Shown one piece after another: positions 1-10,796 of a DNA stretch of 50,347 nt (within the stretch, counting starts at the first letter, position 1; the number at the start of each line of letters is the position of its first letter). Where the stretch lies: the NCBI GenBank assembly GCA_051746405.1, contig JBNJFB010000013.1:1-50347 (forward strand), written 5' to 3'. Origin of the DNA: Campylobacterota bacterium. Its GTDB lineage: Bacteria > Campylobacterota > Campylobacteria > Campylobacterales > Arcobacteraceae. The position numbers and the translations under genes were made by a program. The notes under the pieces were generated by a model. That model was not told where the DNA came from. It did no database searches and was given only the letters and a program-made list of their open reading frames with translations.

Positions 1-447
1 TGTAAATATTATAGAAAAGCTCTTTGTAATCACATACGTAACTATTAAAATAGATAACATAGTAGGAAGTTCATTGTACATTCTAAAAAATTTTCCATCT
101 TTTTTACAATCATCATTTTCTAGCTGCTTTCTATACTTTTCAAGTGAAAATGAGTATGCTATTAAAAACAGTAATACAGTTAGCTTTGCATGCATCCAAC
201 CACCTGTAGCAAAAACTGATGTATTTAAGGCTATCATGGCTATACCACTTACTATAGTTGCCCACATTGCAGGTAAGCCTATGTATTTATAAATCTTATA
301 CTCTTGTATCTTTACTATTTCAACAAACTCTTTTTTATCTAAATTTTCAACGTGGTATACAAATAGTCTTGGTAAATAAAAAAGCATTGCCATCCATGAC
401 ATAAAAGATACAACGTGAAAACTAAGTATCCATGTGTAATATTCCAA
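1..447 (-). CDS. hemJ: Protoporphyrinogen oxidase HemJ (3' end runs off the window)
   Basis: Not in the ORF track. Manual translation from TTG at 447 gives MEYYTWILSFHVVSFMSWMAMLFYLPRLFVYHVE...GKFFRMYNELPT, carrying the HemJ/UPF0093 motifs YLPRLFVYH and FRxxNExPT. No stop codon before base 1. Confidence 0.9.
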   Translation of the reverse strand, partial: MEYYTWILSFHVVSFMSWMAMLFYLPRLFVYHVENLDKKEFVEIVKIQEYKIYKYIGLPAMWATIVSGIAMIALNTSVFATGGWMHAKLTVLLFLIAYSFSLEKYRKQLENDDCKKDGKFFRMYNELPTMLSILIVTYVITKSFSIIFT

Positions 448-449
448 TG

Positions 450-1637
450 TTAATCCTTGTTTTTAATTTTTTCTAACCATTGGGATAGTGTTTTTTCAAA
501 CCCAATATTTAATGGCTCATAAAATACCAAATCTTCATTTAGATAGTTTTGCTTAACATATCCACCATAGTCATGGGGATATAAATATCCATTATGTAAT
601 GAGTCAATATGCTTTGGTATTTCAAGTATCTTACCATTTTTAACTTCATGTATAGCTTTGTTTATTGCCTTATATGAGCTATTTGATTTAGGACATGAAG
701 CTAAATATATTACACACTGCCCTAGCATTATTCTAGCTTCTGGGTACCCTATTTTGTTTGCTGTGTACATAGTATTTGAGGCTATATTAAAAGCATTTGG
801 ATTTGCATTTCCAATATCTTCACTTGCAAATATTACTAATCTTCTAGTAATAAAATCTACACTCTCTCCTCCACTAATTAATCTAGCTAAATAGTAAAGT
901 GCTGCATTTACATCTGAACCTCTAATTGATTTTATCATTGCACTTGCTAAATCATAGTGTGTATCTGATGAGGATACTCCATCTCCTATAACATTACAAC
1001 GCAAATCTTTTAAACTATTTAAATCAATATTTGATGTAACTTTTGAACAAAAATCAAGTAATGTAAGCATGGCTCTAGCATCACCACTACTTGATAATAT
1101 AAGGTATTGTTTTGCTTCATCACTTAAAGTTATGTCATGAAGTTGATGTAAAGCAGTTTCTAGTAGTCTATTCATTTCCTTTAAAGTTAATGCTTTAAAC
1201 TCAAAAAGAAATGAACGTGAACGAATTGCATTTGTTAATGTAAAAAATGGATTTTCAGTACTTGCACCAATTATAATTGCATCATAGTTTTCCATAATAG
1301 GTAGTAGTACTTCTTGTTGATTTTTTGACAACCTGTGAACTTCATCAATAAATATCAAGGGTTTAATTAAAGCATTTTTATATCTATCAAATACTTTTCT
1401 TAACTCTTCAACCTTTATTGAGGTTGCATTAAAGTAGTAGTAGTCTGTATTTATCTCTTTTGCAATAATTTTAGCTAGAGTTGTTTTGCCAGTTCCTGGT
1501 TTTCCATAGAAAAATAGATGGGGAATATCTTTTTTTTTGATTAGTTTGTAGAGAGTCTTATCTTGAGATATTATATGAGATTGACCCACAAAGTTTTCTA
1601 AACTTCTGGGTCTTAACTTATTTGATAAATCAGTCAT
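450..1637 (-). CDS. rarA: Replication-associated recombination protein A (MgsA/RarA AAA+ ATPase)
   Basis: LRPRSLENFVGQSH, Walker A GKPGTGKTT, Walker B FIDEVHR, ASTENPFF, SAMIKSIRGSD, ASEDIGNA, YLYPHDY. Confidence 0.95.
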   Translation of the reverse strand: MTDLSNKLRPRSLENFVGQSHIISQDKTLYKLIKKKDIPHLFFYGKPGTGKTTLAKIIAKEINTDYYYFNATSIKVEELRKVFDRYKNALIKPLIFIDEVHRLSKNQQEVLLPIMENYDAIIIGASTENPFFTLTNAIRSRSFLFEFKALTLKEMNRLLETALHQLHDITLSDEAKQYLILSSSGDARAMLTLLDFCSKVTSNIDLNSLKDLRCNVIGDGVSSSDTHYDLASAMIKSIRGSDVNAALYYLARLISGGESVDFITRRLVIFASEDIGNANPNAFNIASNTMYTANKIGYPEARIMLGQCVIYLASCPKSNSSYKAINKAIHEVKNGKILEIPKHIDSLHNGYLYPHDYGGYVKQNYLNEDLVFYEPLNIGFEKTLSQWLEKIKNKD

Positions 1638-2418
1638 CTTTATGGTTTAAAAAATATCTTAGGTCTCTATACTCATCTTTTGTTAGATACCTAGTTTTTC
1701 CTGTAGGTAGATTATTTAATGTTATTCCACCAAACTCAAATCTTTTTAAATCTAATACATTTAAGTCAAAATATCCAAAGAATCTTCTAAGTTCCCTATT
1801 CTTACCTTCACTGATTGCTACTTTTATCTTAGAAAATTTTGAATCATTTTTTAAAATATCATATCCAATAAAAGGTTTAAAGCTCATCTGTTTAATATCA
1901 GATTTCACATGTCCACCCTTTGTTGCATCATCTAACTCTAACCCTTTTTGCATTGCATCTTCAACTTGATGTGTAATCTCTCCATCTAATTTTAGTTTAT
2001 AAACTCTTTGTAAATCAGAGTTAGTAAGTGCGTTTAAAACGTCCACAGAGTCAGTTAAAAGCAATAATCCCTCAGAGGCAAAGTCTAACCTTCCTATAGG
2101 CATAAAATGCTTAAATTTGCTACTTATAGACTCAAAGATTGTACGTCTCCCTCTTGGGTCATTTTTAGATACTATTTCACCTTTTGGTTTATTATATATA
2201 ATTACAGTGATAAGTTTCTCTTTATCCTCTTTAATATTCATTTTGCCAATTTGAACTTTATCTTCAGGTGTAACTTTTGTAGCAAGGTTTGATACTACCT
2301 TACCATTTACTTTTACATTACCCTCTTGGATTATTGTATCTGCTTCTCTTCTTGAGTATTGACTATTATGTGATATGAACTTATTTAGTCTTATTGGTTC
2401 ATTTTGATTTTTTTTCAT
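1630..2418 (-). CDS. rluB: RsuA/RluB-family rRNA pseudouridine synthase with S4 domain
   Basis: RLNKFIS..SRREAD S4 domain, YNKPKG, GRLDFASEGLLLLT catalytic motif, EGKNRELRR. Confidence 0.85.
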   Translation of the reverse strand: MKKNQNEPIRLNKFISHNSQYSRREADTIIQEGNVKVNGKVVSNLATKVTPEDKVQIGKMNIKEDKEKLITVIIYNKPKGEIVSKNDPRGRRTIFESISSKFKHFMPIGRLDFASEGLLLLTDSVDVLNALTNSDLQRVYKLKLDGEITHQVEDAMQKGLELDDATKGGHVKSDIKQMSFKPFIGYDILKNDSKFSKIKVAISEGKNRELRRFFGYFDLNVLDLKRFEFGGITLNNLPTGKTRYLTKDEYRDLRYFLNHKDD

Positions 2419-3377
2419 TTTATTCCAGCTTCAATTAAATCATGAATATGTAAAACTCCAACTAATGAATCACTCTCATCTGTAACAACAAGAAGTTGTA
2501 TTTTATAGTCCTCTATAACAGATAGTGCATCACTAGCTAAAAGCTCTTTGTTTTTCAATGTTTTTGGGTTCATAGTTGCTATTTCATCAACGGCACAATC
2601 TATAGAAAAATCTTCACTCATTAAAGCTCTTCTTAGATCGCCATCACTTAATAGTCCTACAACTTTTTTATTCTCATCTGTAATTATAACATTACCAAGC
2701 CTACCCTCACTCATTATTACAATTGCATCTTTTAGTTTTGTTTCACGTGAAACTATGGGTAGATTCTCTTTTCTAAGTAAGTCATCAACTTTGATAAATA
2801 GCTTCTTACCTAAGCTACCACCTGGGTGAAAAGAAGCAAAATCCTCTTTTTGAAAATCTCTTTTTTTCATCAAACAAACTGCTAATGCATCACCCATAGC
2901 CATAGTTAAAGTGGTTGATGAAGTTGGTGCTGTATCTAAAGGACAAGCCTCTTTATTAACATTTATATCAATAAAAACATCTGAATATTTTGCAAGAGTA
3001 GAGTTTGCATCTTTTGCCATAGATATTAAAGGTATATCAAATCTTTTTAGGTGAGGAAGAATTTGTACTAACTCTTCACTTTCACCACTATAAGAGATTC
3101 CAAGTACGATGTCGTCTTTTCCAATCATTCCTAAGTCGCCATGCATAGCTTCTGTAGGATGTAAGAAGAAAGAGCTAGTACCTGTACTTGCTAAAGTTGC
3201 AGCTATTTTAGAACCAACTAGCCCAGATTTTCCAACACCTGTTACTATTAACTTACCTTTTGAATTTATAATCAAATCAATTGCTTTGTCTATATCAAAA
3301 GTAATATTCAAAGAAGCTCTTTGTAACTCTAAAGCTTCAGTTTCTAAAACATCTTTTACAATCTCTTTAAAATTCAT
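2415..3377 (-). CDS. kdsD: Arabinose-5-phosphate isomerase (KpsF/GutQ family; SIS plus CBS pair)
   Basis: TGVGKSG, LASTGT, HPTEAMHGDLG, EACPLDTAPTSST, FHPGGSLG, C-terminal CBS pair. Confidence 0.93.
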   Translation of the reverse strand: MNFKEIVKDVLETEALELQRASLNITFDIDKAIDLIINSKGKLIVTGVGKSGLVGSKIAATLASTGTSSFFLHPTEAMHGDLGMIGKDDIVLGISYSGESEELVQILPHLKRFDIPLISMAKDANSTLAKYSDVFIDINVNKEACPLDTAPTSSTTLTMAMGDALAVCLMKKRDFQKEDFASFHPGGSLGKKLFIKVDDLLRKENLPIVSRETKLKDAIVIMSEGRLGNVIITDENKKVVGLLSDGDLRRALMSEDFSIDCAVDEIATMNPKTLKNKELLASDALSVIEDYKIQLLVVTDESDSLVGVLHIHDLIEAGIK

Positions 3378-3385
3378 ATTTCACC

Positions 3386-5302
3386 TTATTGTACAAATAT
3401 TGTCGGAACTATCATAGGATATTTTTTATATTTTCTAAAGCAGTGTTTTCTAACTACTTTTCTTATTTCATCTTCTAAGATTCTTGTATTTTTAAATATT
3501 CCTGGTTTTACATTTGTTAAAAATGTAGTTAATAAATCTTCAATCTCTTTAGAGAATAGTTTGTCTAATCTATCAGGAACTAATCCAAATGAAGTAACTT
3601 TTGGTCTAGTTGCAAGTGTTCTATCACTCTCATTTATTTGACCAACTATCATTACAACACCTTCATTTGCCATAGTTTGTCTATCTATTACAATATCATC
3701 TGAGATTTTGTGATTCAGTTGATTGTCAATATATACTTTTCCTGTTTTTACTGTTTTTACTTTTTTAAGATATTTTGGGCTAACTTCAACTTGCTCCCCA
3801 TCACTCATTATATATAAGTTTCTTTCTAATACACCACAGTCTATACCTGTTTGACCATGTCTTAAAGCATGGTTATATTCACCATGAACTGGCATAAAGA
3901 ACTTAGGTTTAACAAGTCTTAGCATAAGCTTTTGTTCCTCTTGGGCTGCATGTCCGGATACATGAATATCTGAGAAGTTTTGATAAGCTACATTAGCCCC
4001 TGCTTTTAATAAGTGATTAATGATTCCTGATACACTAGCTTCATTTCCAGGAATTGCTTTAGCTGAAAGGATAATTTGGTCTTCAGGTTTGATTTTTATA
4101 TGTCTGTGCTCATGAATAGCCATTCTATATAGTGCACTCATAGCCTCACCTTGACTACCTGTAGTTACAATAAGTACTTCTTTATCGTTATACTTATTAA
4201 CTTCATGTGGGTCAATAAATTGATCTTTTGGAAACTTTATATATCCTAAGGTCATAGCTAAATCAAGGTTTTTCTCCATTGACCTACCAATTACACAGAT
4301 TTTTCTATTGTATTTTAAACCTTTTTCAATAGCTTGTGCAACCCTATGGATATTTGAAGAGAATGTTGACATGATAACTCTTCCTGTTGCAGATGAGAAT
4401 ATTCTCTCAAATGTAGGACCTACACTCTTTTCTGTTTTAGAAAATCCAGGAGTATGTGAGTTTGTTGAATCACTTGTAAGAAGTAAAACACCTTTTTCTC
4501 CATAGTGAGCTAATCTATGAAGATCAGTTGGATATCCATCAATTGGTGTGTGGTCGATTTTAAAATCACCTGTATGTATAACTGTACCAGCATCTGTTGT
4601 AACAGCAATAGAAGATGAGTCAATAATAGAGTGAGTAATATGCATCCACTCTACTTCAAACTCCCCTATTTTTATAGGAGTTCTTTTTTGAATAGCTCTA
4701 AAGTATTTTCTATGCTCTCTCATTTTATGTTCATCAAACTTTGAACCAATCATTTCAAGTGGTAATGAAGTACCATAAACTGGAAATTGCATCTCTTTAA
4801 AAAGATATGGCATTGCACCAATATGATCTTCATGACCATGTGTGATTACAATACCTGCTATTTTATCTTTTATTTGTCTAATATAAGTAAAATCAGGAAT
4901 TAAGATATCAACCCCATGCATATCTTCATCTGGAAAACTCATTCCAACATCAACGATAATAGCACACTTTTCAGTCTCCATTACCATCATATTTCCACCA
5001 ATTTCACCTAAACCACCAAGTGGAGTAATTCTAATTTTTGCACTTGTATCTAGATTTAATTTATAGTGTGGGTTTAATCTATCTTTTTGAATCTTTTCAT
5101 TTACCAAATGGGCTTTTTTAAGATCATTTACCCAGCCGTGACCTTTTATTGGTGGTCTTTTACCTGTAGGCTTCTTTTTTCTATTTGGGTTTGGTGGTCT
5201 TTTTTCTTTATTTAGATTGTTAGTTCTATTAGGAGCAGTCTTTTTAGTAGTATTGTCTTGTACAACAGTTTCACTTGTTTCGTTATTTTTTATCTCTTCC
5301 AT
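3386..5302 (-). CDS. rnj: Ribonuclease J
   Basis: PLGGLGEIGGN, THGHEDHIG metallo-beta-lactamase motif, HTGDFK, DSTN, HVSGHA, PVHGE. Confidence 0.96.
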   Translation of the reverse strand: MEEIKNNETSETVVQDNTTKKTAPNRTNNLNKEKRPPNPNRKKKPTGKRPPIKGHGWVNDLKKAHLVNEKIQKDRLNPHYKLNLDTSAKIRITPLGGLGEIGGNMMVMETEKCAIIVDVGMSFPDEDMHGVDILIPDFTYIRQIKDKIAGIVITHGHEDHIGAMPYLFKEMQFPVYGTSLPLEMIGSKFDEHKMREHRKYFRAIQKRTPIKIGEFEVEWMHITHSIIDSSSIAVTTDAGTVIHTGDFKIDHTPIDGYPTDLHRLAHYGEKGVLLLTSDSTNSHTPGFSKTEKSVGPTFERIFSSATGRVIMSTFSSNIHRVAQAIEKGLKYNRKICVIGRSMEKNLDLAMTLGYIKFPKDQFIDPHEVNKYNDKEVLIVTTGSQGEAMSALYRMAIHEHRHIKIKPEDQIILSAKAIPGNEASVSGIINHLLKAGANVAYQNFSDIHVSGHAAQEEQKLMLRLVKPKFFMPVHGEYNHALRHGQTGIDCGVLERNLYIMSDGEQVEVSPKYLKKVKTVKTGKVYIDNQLNHKISDDIVIDRQTMANEGVVMIVGQINESDRTLATRPKVTSFGLVPDRLDKLFSKEIEDLLTTFLTNVKPGIFKNTRILEDEIRKVVRKHCFRKYKKYPMIVPTIFVQ

Positions 5303-6077
5303 ATTTAACCTTTGTATACATTTGGCTATACAAAGATGAACTTACTTCATGAGGTCGAATGTTTTCATTGATTTGCAGTTCTTTATAAATTTGGGATATT
5401 TTTTCTTTATCTAAAATTGAAGAGAGATTTTTAGATAGCTTTTTTCTTGGCTGTGTAAAGCAAGCTTTTAAGAAATCTTTAAAATCTTTTTCAACTTTTT
5501 TGCCCAAATCTTTTTTTATATAAAGAACAGAAGACATCACTTTTGGTACTGGATCAAAAGACTCAGGAGGTACATCAAATAGTATCTTTGAGTCTTTTGA
5601 TAAAAGTTCACATATTATTCCTAAAGATGAGTACTCTTTTTGATTTACTTTTGCTGTAAATTTTTTAGCAACCTCTTTTTGTATCATTACAATAATATGC
5701 TCACAATTATGGTCTTCTAATGCTTTTAATATAATATTTGTTGCAATATAGTATGGCAAGTTTGCGATTAAGTCATATTTGCCATTATTAAGGCTATCTT
5801 GGTTTTCCCAGATTTTTAAAACATCAGTGTGGATCAGTTTTAAAGTACCCTTTTCTATTTGCTGTTCAAATTTTTGTTTTAATATATTAATTAAATCAGT
5901 ATCAACTTCATAAGCAGTTGTATCTTTGTACTTGACTAGATATTTAGTCAAATCACCTAATCCAGGCCCAATTTCAATAAAGTGGTTGCTATTATTGGGC
6001 ATCGATTGGATGATCTTATCTAAAACTGTAGTATCTTTTAAAAAGTTTTGGCCATATTTCTTTTTTGCTATTATCAT
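5283..6077 (-). CDS. rsmA: 16S rRNA m6,2A dimethyltransferase RsmA/KsgA
   Basis: [39 protein letters not shown]. Confidence 0.95.
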   Translation of the reverse strand: MIIAKKKYGQNFLKDTTVLDKIIQSMPNNSNHFIEIGPGLGDLTKYLVKYKDTTAYEVDTDLINILKQKFEQQIEKGTLKLIHTDVLKIWENQDSLNNGKYDLIANLPYYIATNIILKALEDHNCEHIIVMIQKEVAKKFTAKVNQKEYSSLGIICELLSKDSKILFDVPPESFDPVPKVMSSVLYIKKDLGKKVEKDFKDFLKACFTQPRKKLSKNLSSILDKEKISQIYKELQINENIRPHEVSSSLYSQMYTKVKYGRDKK

Positions 6078-6149
6078 AATTCCATAAGTATATCTTTTTT
6101 TAACTTACACTTAGATAAGATATATATTAGTAATTATAAAGGAATTTAT

Positions 6150-6911
6150 TTGAGTGATTTTGCAAAAAGAATAATACCATGTTTAGATGTTGATAACGCA
6201 AGAGTAGTAAAAGGCGTAAACTTCGTAGGTTTAAGAGATGCAGGTGATCCTGTAGAAGTAGCTAAGAGATATAATAATGAAGGTGCAGATGAAATAACTT
6301 TTTTAGATATTACAGCAAGCCATCAAAACAGAGGAACAATTGTAGATATTGTAAAAGAGGTTGCAAAAGAGGTATTTATACCTTTAACAGTTGGTGGAGG
6401 CATTAGAAAGCTTGAAGATATATATAGTTTACTAAATGTGGGTTGTGATAAAGTATCAATTAACTCATCAGCTGTTACAAATCCTGATTTGATAAATGAG
6501 AGTGCAAAAAGGTTTGGAAGTCAATGTATTGTAACAGCAATTGATGTAAAAAAAGTAGAAGATGGCTCTTATCATGTTTTTGTAAAAGGTGGAAGAGAAG
6601 ATACAGGTCTTGATGCTGTGAAATGGGCAAAGGAGCTTTATAACAGAGGTGCAGGAGAGATACTACTTACTTCTATGGATACAGATGGTGCAAAAACAGG
6701 GTTTGAATTAGATATTACAAAACAGATATCATCTGTTGTGGATATTCCAGTTATTGCAAGTGGTGGTGCTGGTACGATGGAGCATATAAAAGATGCTTTT
6801 GAACATGGTGCAAGTGCAGCTTTAGCAGCATCTATTTTTCACTTTAAAGAGATAGATATAATGGATTTAAAAAGATATTTAAAACAAAACAGTATTCCAG
6901 TGAGGTTATAA
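6150..6911 (+). CDS. hisF: Imidazole glycerol phosphate synthase cyclase subunit
   Basis: [47 protein letters not shown]. Start moved to TTG at 6150 (AAGGA at 6139-6143); the track start at 6048 overlaps rsmA on the opposite strand. Confidence 0.95.
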   Translation: MSDFAKRIIPCLDVDNARVVKGVNFVGLRDAGDPVEVAKRYNNEGADEITFLDITASHQNRGTIVDIVKEVAKEVFIPLTVGGGIRKLEDIYSLLNVGCDKVSINSSAVTNPDLINESAKRFGSQCIVTAIDVKKVEDGSYHVFVKGGREDTGLDAVKWAKELYNRGAGEILLTSMDTDGAKTGFELDITKQISSVVDIPVIASGGAGTMEHIKDAFEHGASAALAASIFHFKEIDIMDLKRYLKQNSIPVRL

Positions 6912-6913
6912 TA

Positions 6914-7588
6914 ATGAAAAAAATAGTACTACTTCTTTTTTTAGTTTATAGTGCAGTATTTTCATATGAGCTATCATTTAATAAGAAGTTTCAACAAAAC
7001 ACTTATCCAGATATTTTACATGCATATGTAAAAGTAAGTATTGAAAGTGAAAATGAGAGATATATTAATGAAAATTTAGAAAAATTTAATAGTTTCATCA
7101 AAGAGGACAAAACAGTTACTAAAAAAAATGGTTCATTTGTATTAAATCCCATGTATAGATATTTTAAGGAACAACAACAGTTTATGGGATATACAGGTAG
7201 TTTAAGATATGAAATCAAGTCAAAAGATGCAAAAAAAATGAATGAATTTTTAGATAAACTAATAGAGATTAAAAAAGGTTTTAGAACAAGAGATATTAAA
7301 CTAAGTATTAGTAATCTTACTTGGAAAATAAGTGATGAAAACCATGATATGTATATTGATAAACTAAGAATGAAAGCGATTCTTTGGGCAGATGAGTATA
7401 AAGATAGGTTATCTTCAAAACTATCAAAAAACTGTATAATAAAACATATAAATATAAATGATAATCCAAATGTATCTTATTTTAAAGCAGCAAAAACTAT
7501 GGAGGTTAGTTCAACATCAAATTTAGCCCCTTTAAATAGTAGTCAAAAGATAGTTATAAATCCTAATTTTAAAATGGAGTGTAAATGA
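6914..7588 (+). CDS. Exported SIMPL/DUF541-like protein
   Basis: Signal peptide; PD..., LNPMYRY, YTGSLRY and terminal beta-strand pattern resemble SIMPL proteins. Confidence 0.6.
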   Translation: MKKIVLLLFLVYSAVFSYELSFNKKFQQNTYPDILHAYVKVSIESENERYINENLEKFNSFIKEDKTVTKKNGSFVLNPMYRYFKEQQQFMGYTGSLRYEIKSKDAKKMNEFLDKLIEIKKGFRTRDIKLSISNLTWKISDENHDMYIDKLRMKAILWADEYKDRLSSKLSKNCIIKHININDNPNVSYFKAAKTMEVSSTSNLAPLNSSQKIVINPNFKMECK

Positions 7589-8121
7589 TAATTTGTGCAG
7601 GGAGAAGTGAGGTTTTTTCACATGCAACACCTATGGGGGTTGGATTAGTTGAAATGGCAATAAATCTTACAAGGCAGTGTTTATTTGATAAACCTGAGTT
7701 TTTACTTTTTATTGGAACAGCTGGGTCTTATGGTGAAAATAAAATATTTGATATTATTGAGTCAAAAGTTGCAGCAAATATTGAGCTAAGTTTTTTACAG
7801 CAAAATTCATACACACCCCTTGATAATGTGCTTGAATCCCAAAATAAACTAGTTAAAAATGATACAATAATAAACTCATCAAACTATATATCAAAAAATA
7901 AAAAATTAACAAAAAAGTTTAGTGATTTGAATATAGGTTGTGAAAATATGGAGTTTTATTCAGTATTGCAAGTGGCAAAAGAGTTTGAAATACCAGCAGC
8001 TGGAATTTTTTGTATCACAAACTTTACAGATGATAATGCCCATGAAGATTTTATAAAAAACCATAAAGTAGCCATGGAAAAATTAACGCAATATTTAATT
8101 AAAAACAATATAATAAGGTAA
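7585..8121 (+). CDS. Nucleoside phosphorylase/hydrolase family protein (PNP_UDP fold)
   Basis: GVGL, FIGTAGSY, ENMEFY, CITN motifs; start overlaps upstream stop (ATGA). Confidence 0.75.
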   Translation: MIICAGRSEVFSHATPMGVGLVEMAINLTRQCLFDKPEFLLFIGTAGSYGENKIFDIIESKVAANIELSFLQQNSYTPLDNVLESQNKLVKNDTIINSSNYISKNKKLTKKFSDLNIGCENMEFYSVLQVAKEFEIPAAGIFCITNFTDDNAHEDFIKNHKVAMEKLTQYLIKNNIIR

Positions 8122-8134
8122 TGAGAATAATAGT

Positions 8135-9220
8135 ATGACAAAAGCAGAGAAATTAACATCAATTTATGACTATTCACTAGATGATTTAAAGCAAAAGTTA
8201 AAGCCAGCATTTAGAGCAAAGCAGGTTTATAATTGGCTTTATAAAAACTATGCTTCATCTTATGATGAGATGAAAAATATTCCAAATGATTTAAAGCAAC
8301 AACTAAAAGATGAATATCCAATAGATATAATGGAAGCAGTAAAAAAAGAGCAAAGCAGTGATGGTAGTATAAAGTATCTATTTAAGTTAAGAGATGGTCA
8401 TACTGTTGAGGCTGTTTTACTTCTAATGAAGAAAAAAAAGCTGGATGAAGATGGCAATATAACAAGAAGTGAACAGTACACAGTTTGTATCTCATCACAA
8501 GTTGGTTGTAAAGTTGGATGTACTTTTTGTCTAACTGCAAAAGGTGGATTTGTTAGAAACCTTACAGTTGGAGAGTATATCGCTCAAATAGTAAATATAA
8601 AAAGAGATAATAATATACCAGAAAATAAGTCATTAAATATAGTTTATATGGGTATGGGTGAGCCTTTAGATAATTTTGAGAACTTCACAAAAGCAGTTGA
8701 AGTGTTTTCACAAGAAGAGGGGTTAAGTATAAACAGAAGAAGACAAACAGTTTCAACCTCTGGAGTAGCATCAAAAATTAAAAAACTAGGTGAAAAACAA
8801 CTAGGAATGCAGCTTGCCATATCTTTGCATGCTGTTGATGATGAGTTAAGAAGTGAACTAATTCCTATGAATAAAGCTTATAATATTGCATCAATTATTG
8901 AAGCAGTAAAAGCTTTTCCTGTGGATACAAGAAAGAAAGTAATGTTTGAGTATTTAGTAATAAAGAACAAAAATGATGGAGTAGATTCAGCAAAAAAACT
9001 CTTGAAGCTTCTTGAGGGAATCCATGCAAAAGTAAACTTAATATATTTTAATCCATATCCAGGAACTTCATATCAGCGTCCAGAAGAGAAAGATATGATA
9101 AAATTCAAAGATTATTTAAATGACCGTGGGTTAATTTGTACTATTAGAGAGTCAAAAGGTTTAGATATATCTGCTGCATGTGGTCAATTAAAAGAGAAGG
9201 AAACAAATGGCAACACTTGA
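8135..9220 (+). CDS. rlmN: 23S rRNA/tRNA m2A radical SAM methyltransferase RlmN
   Basis: CISSQVGCKVGCTFC (CxxxCxxC), MGMGEP, SLHA, DISAACGQL. Confidence 0.96.
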   Translation: MTKAEKLTSIYDYSLDDLKQKLKPAFRAKQVYNWLYKNYASSYDEMKNIPNDLKQQLKDEYPIDIMEAVKKEQSSDGSIKYLFKLRDGHTVEAVLLLMKKKKLDEDGNITRSEQYTVCISSQVGCKVGCTFCLTAKGGFVRNLTVGEYIAQIVNIKRDNNIPENKSLNIVYMGMGEPLDNFENFTKAVEVFSQEEGLSINRRRQTVSTSGVASKIKKLGEKQLGMQLAISLHAVDDELRSELIPMNKAYNIASIIEAVKAFPVDTRKKVMFEYLVIKNKNDGVDSAKKLLKLLEGIHAKVNLIYFNPYPGTSYQRPEEKDMIKFKDYLNDRGLICTIRESKGLDISAACGQLKEKETNGNT

Positions 9221-9314
9221 AATAGCACTGTTACTTTTTATTGTAATAGTTGTGGTTGTATCAGCAGTAGGTTTTTATATTAGTAATAAAAAAGATGAAA
9301 ATGAGGAGAATTAA
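9207..9314 (+). CDS. Small (35 aa) single-pass membrane protein, unannotated
   Basis: MATLEIALLLFIVIVVVVSAVGFYISNKKDENEEN*; AGAAGGA just upstream, start overlaps the rlmN 3' end, stop 4 nt before the gltX ATG. Confidence 0.7.
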   Translation: MATLEIALLLFIVIVVVVSAVGFYISNKKDENEEN

Positions 9315-9318
9315 GTAA

Positions 9319-10731
9319 ATGGCAATTACTAGATTTGCACCAAGTCCAACAGGATATTTGCATATTGGTGGGCTAAGAACAGCTTTATATAGTTATTTAT
9401 GGGCAAAAAAAACAGGTGGAGAGTTTAAACTTCGAATTGAAGATACAGACCAATCAAGAAATAATGAAGATGCTGTAAAAGCAATATTAGAAGCATTTCA
9501 ATGGGTTGGAATGCCAAGTGATTGTGAAATAGAGTATCAATCAAAAAGAGTTGAACTTTATCAAAACTATATTCATAAACTTTTAGAAGAGGGTAAAGCT
9601 TATAAATGTTATATGTCAAAAGAGCAACTACTTGAATTAAGAGCTAAGCAAGAAGCCGCAAAAGAGACTCCAAGATATGATGGTACATGGAGACCACAAG
9701 AGGGGAAAGAGTTACCTCCTATTCCAGATGGGGTTGAGCCTGTTATTAGAATAAAAGCACCAAAAGAGGGAAAAATTCAGTTTGAAGATGGTGTTAAAGG
9801 TTATATGAGTTTTGATGCATCTGAAGTTGATGACTTTGTAATTGCTAGAAGTAATATGATGCCTACATATAATTTTGTTGTAGCTATTGATGATGCTTTA
9901 ATGGATATATCAGATGTACTAAGAGGTGATGATCACCTATCAAATACACCTAAGCAGATAGTTATTTATAATGCTTTAGGATTTGATATTCCTAAATTTT
10001 ATCATATTCCAATGATTAATAATCCATCGGGTAAAAAACTATCTAAAAGAGATGGAGCTATGGATGTGATGCAGTATAAAAGGGATGGATATCTACCTGA
10101 AGCACTACTAAACTTCTTAGTTAGACTTGGTTGGTCAAATGGTGATCAAGAGATATTCTCATTAGAAGAGATGTTAAGACTGTTTGATCCAAATAGTATA
10201 AATAAGTCAGCATCATCATACAATCAAGAAAAACTTTTATGGTTAAACTCCCATTATATAAAAAATGTTTCAAATGAAAGATTAGCAAAAGAGTTAGTGT
10301 ATTTTGATTGTAAAATCCATGGACATGATAAAAAAGAGATGATACTAGATTTATCAAAACAAAGAGCAGAGACTTTACTTGATTTAAAAGACTCTATAAA
10401 TAAAATCTTAGATACACCTATCTCTTATGAAAAAAAAGGTGTTAAAAAGTTTATAAAAGATGAAACTATTGATATGTTAAAAGAGTATATAAATCTTTTA
10501 GAGCAGAATAAAGAGTCACTGCATATAGCACCTGATTATGAAGCTTTAACAAAACCTTATGTAAAAGAAAAAGAGCTTAAATTTCCTCAACTATTTCAAC
10601 CTATTAGAATAGCTTTAACAGGTGGAACACAAGCACCTTCTGTTTATGATATTATGGCGGTTTTAGGGTTTGATGAGGTGAAAAGTAGGATTTATACTGC
10701 AATTGATAAAAATTTTGATAAACAAGAGTAA
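9319..10731 (+). CDS. gltX: Glutamate--tRNA ligase (GluRS1-like)
   Basis: TRFAPSPTGYLHIGG (HIGH), LRIEDTD, RGDDHLSNTPKQ, KKLSKR (KMSKS). Confidence 0.96.
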   Translation: MAITRFAPSPTGYLHIGGLRTALYSYLWAKKTGGEFKLRIEDTDQSRNNEDAVKAILEAFQWVGMPSDCEIEYQSKRVELYQNYIHKLLEEGKAYKCYMSKEQLLELRAKQEAAKETPRYDGTWRPQEGKELPPIPDGVEPVIRIKAPKEGKIQFEDGVKGYMSFDASEVDDFVIARSNMMPTYNFVVAIDDALMDISDVLRGDDHLSNTPKQIVIYNALGFDIPKFYHIPMINNPSGKKLSKRDGAMDVMQYKRDGYLPEALLNFLVRLGWSNGDQEIFSLEEMLRLFDPNSINKSASSYNQEKLLWLNSHYIKNVSNERLAKELVYFDCKIHGHDKKEMILDLSKQRAETLLDLKDSINKILDTPISYEKKGVKKFIKDETIDMLKEYINLLEQNKESLHIAPDYEALTKPYVKEKELKFPQLFQPIRIALTGGTQAPSVYDIMAVLGFDEVKSRIYTAIDKNFDKQE

Positions 10732-10796
10732 TAATCCTTGATTATTCTTAGATAATAGGGCATAATATTCTTACTTAAACAAAGGATAAAATTAAG

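Noticed and set aside
74..292. 72-aa plus-strand ORF
   Set aside because: Antisense to hemJ, which is the real gene but is missing from the track because it runs off the window
1530..1538. Homopolymeric T/A tracts as phase-variation sites
   Set aside because: Lys-codon runs in an AT-rich genome with intact frames; no long G/C tracts in coding regions
6048..6149. N-terminal extension of HisF in the ORF track
   Set aside because: Overlaps the divergent rsmA start; RBS and family homology begin at TTG 6150
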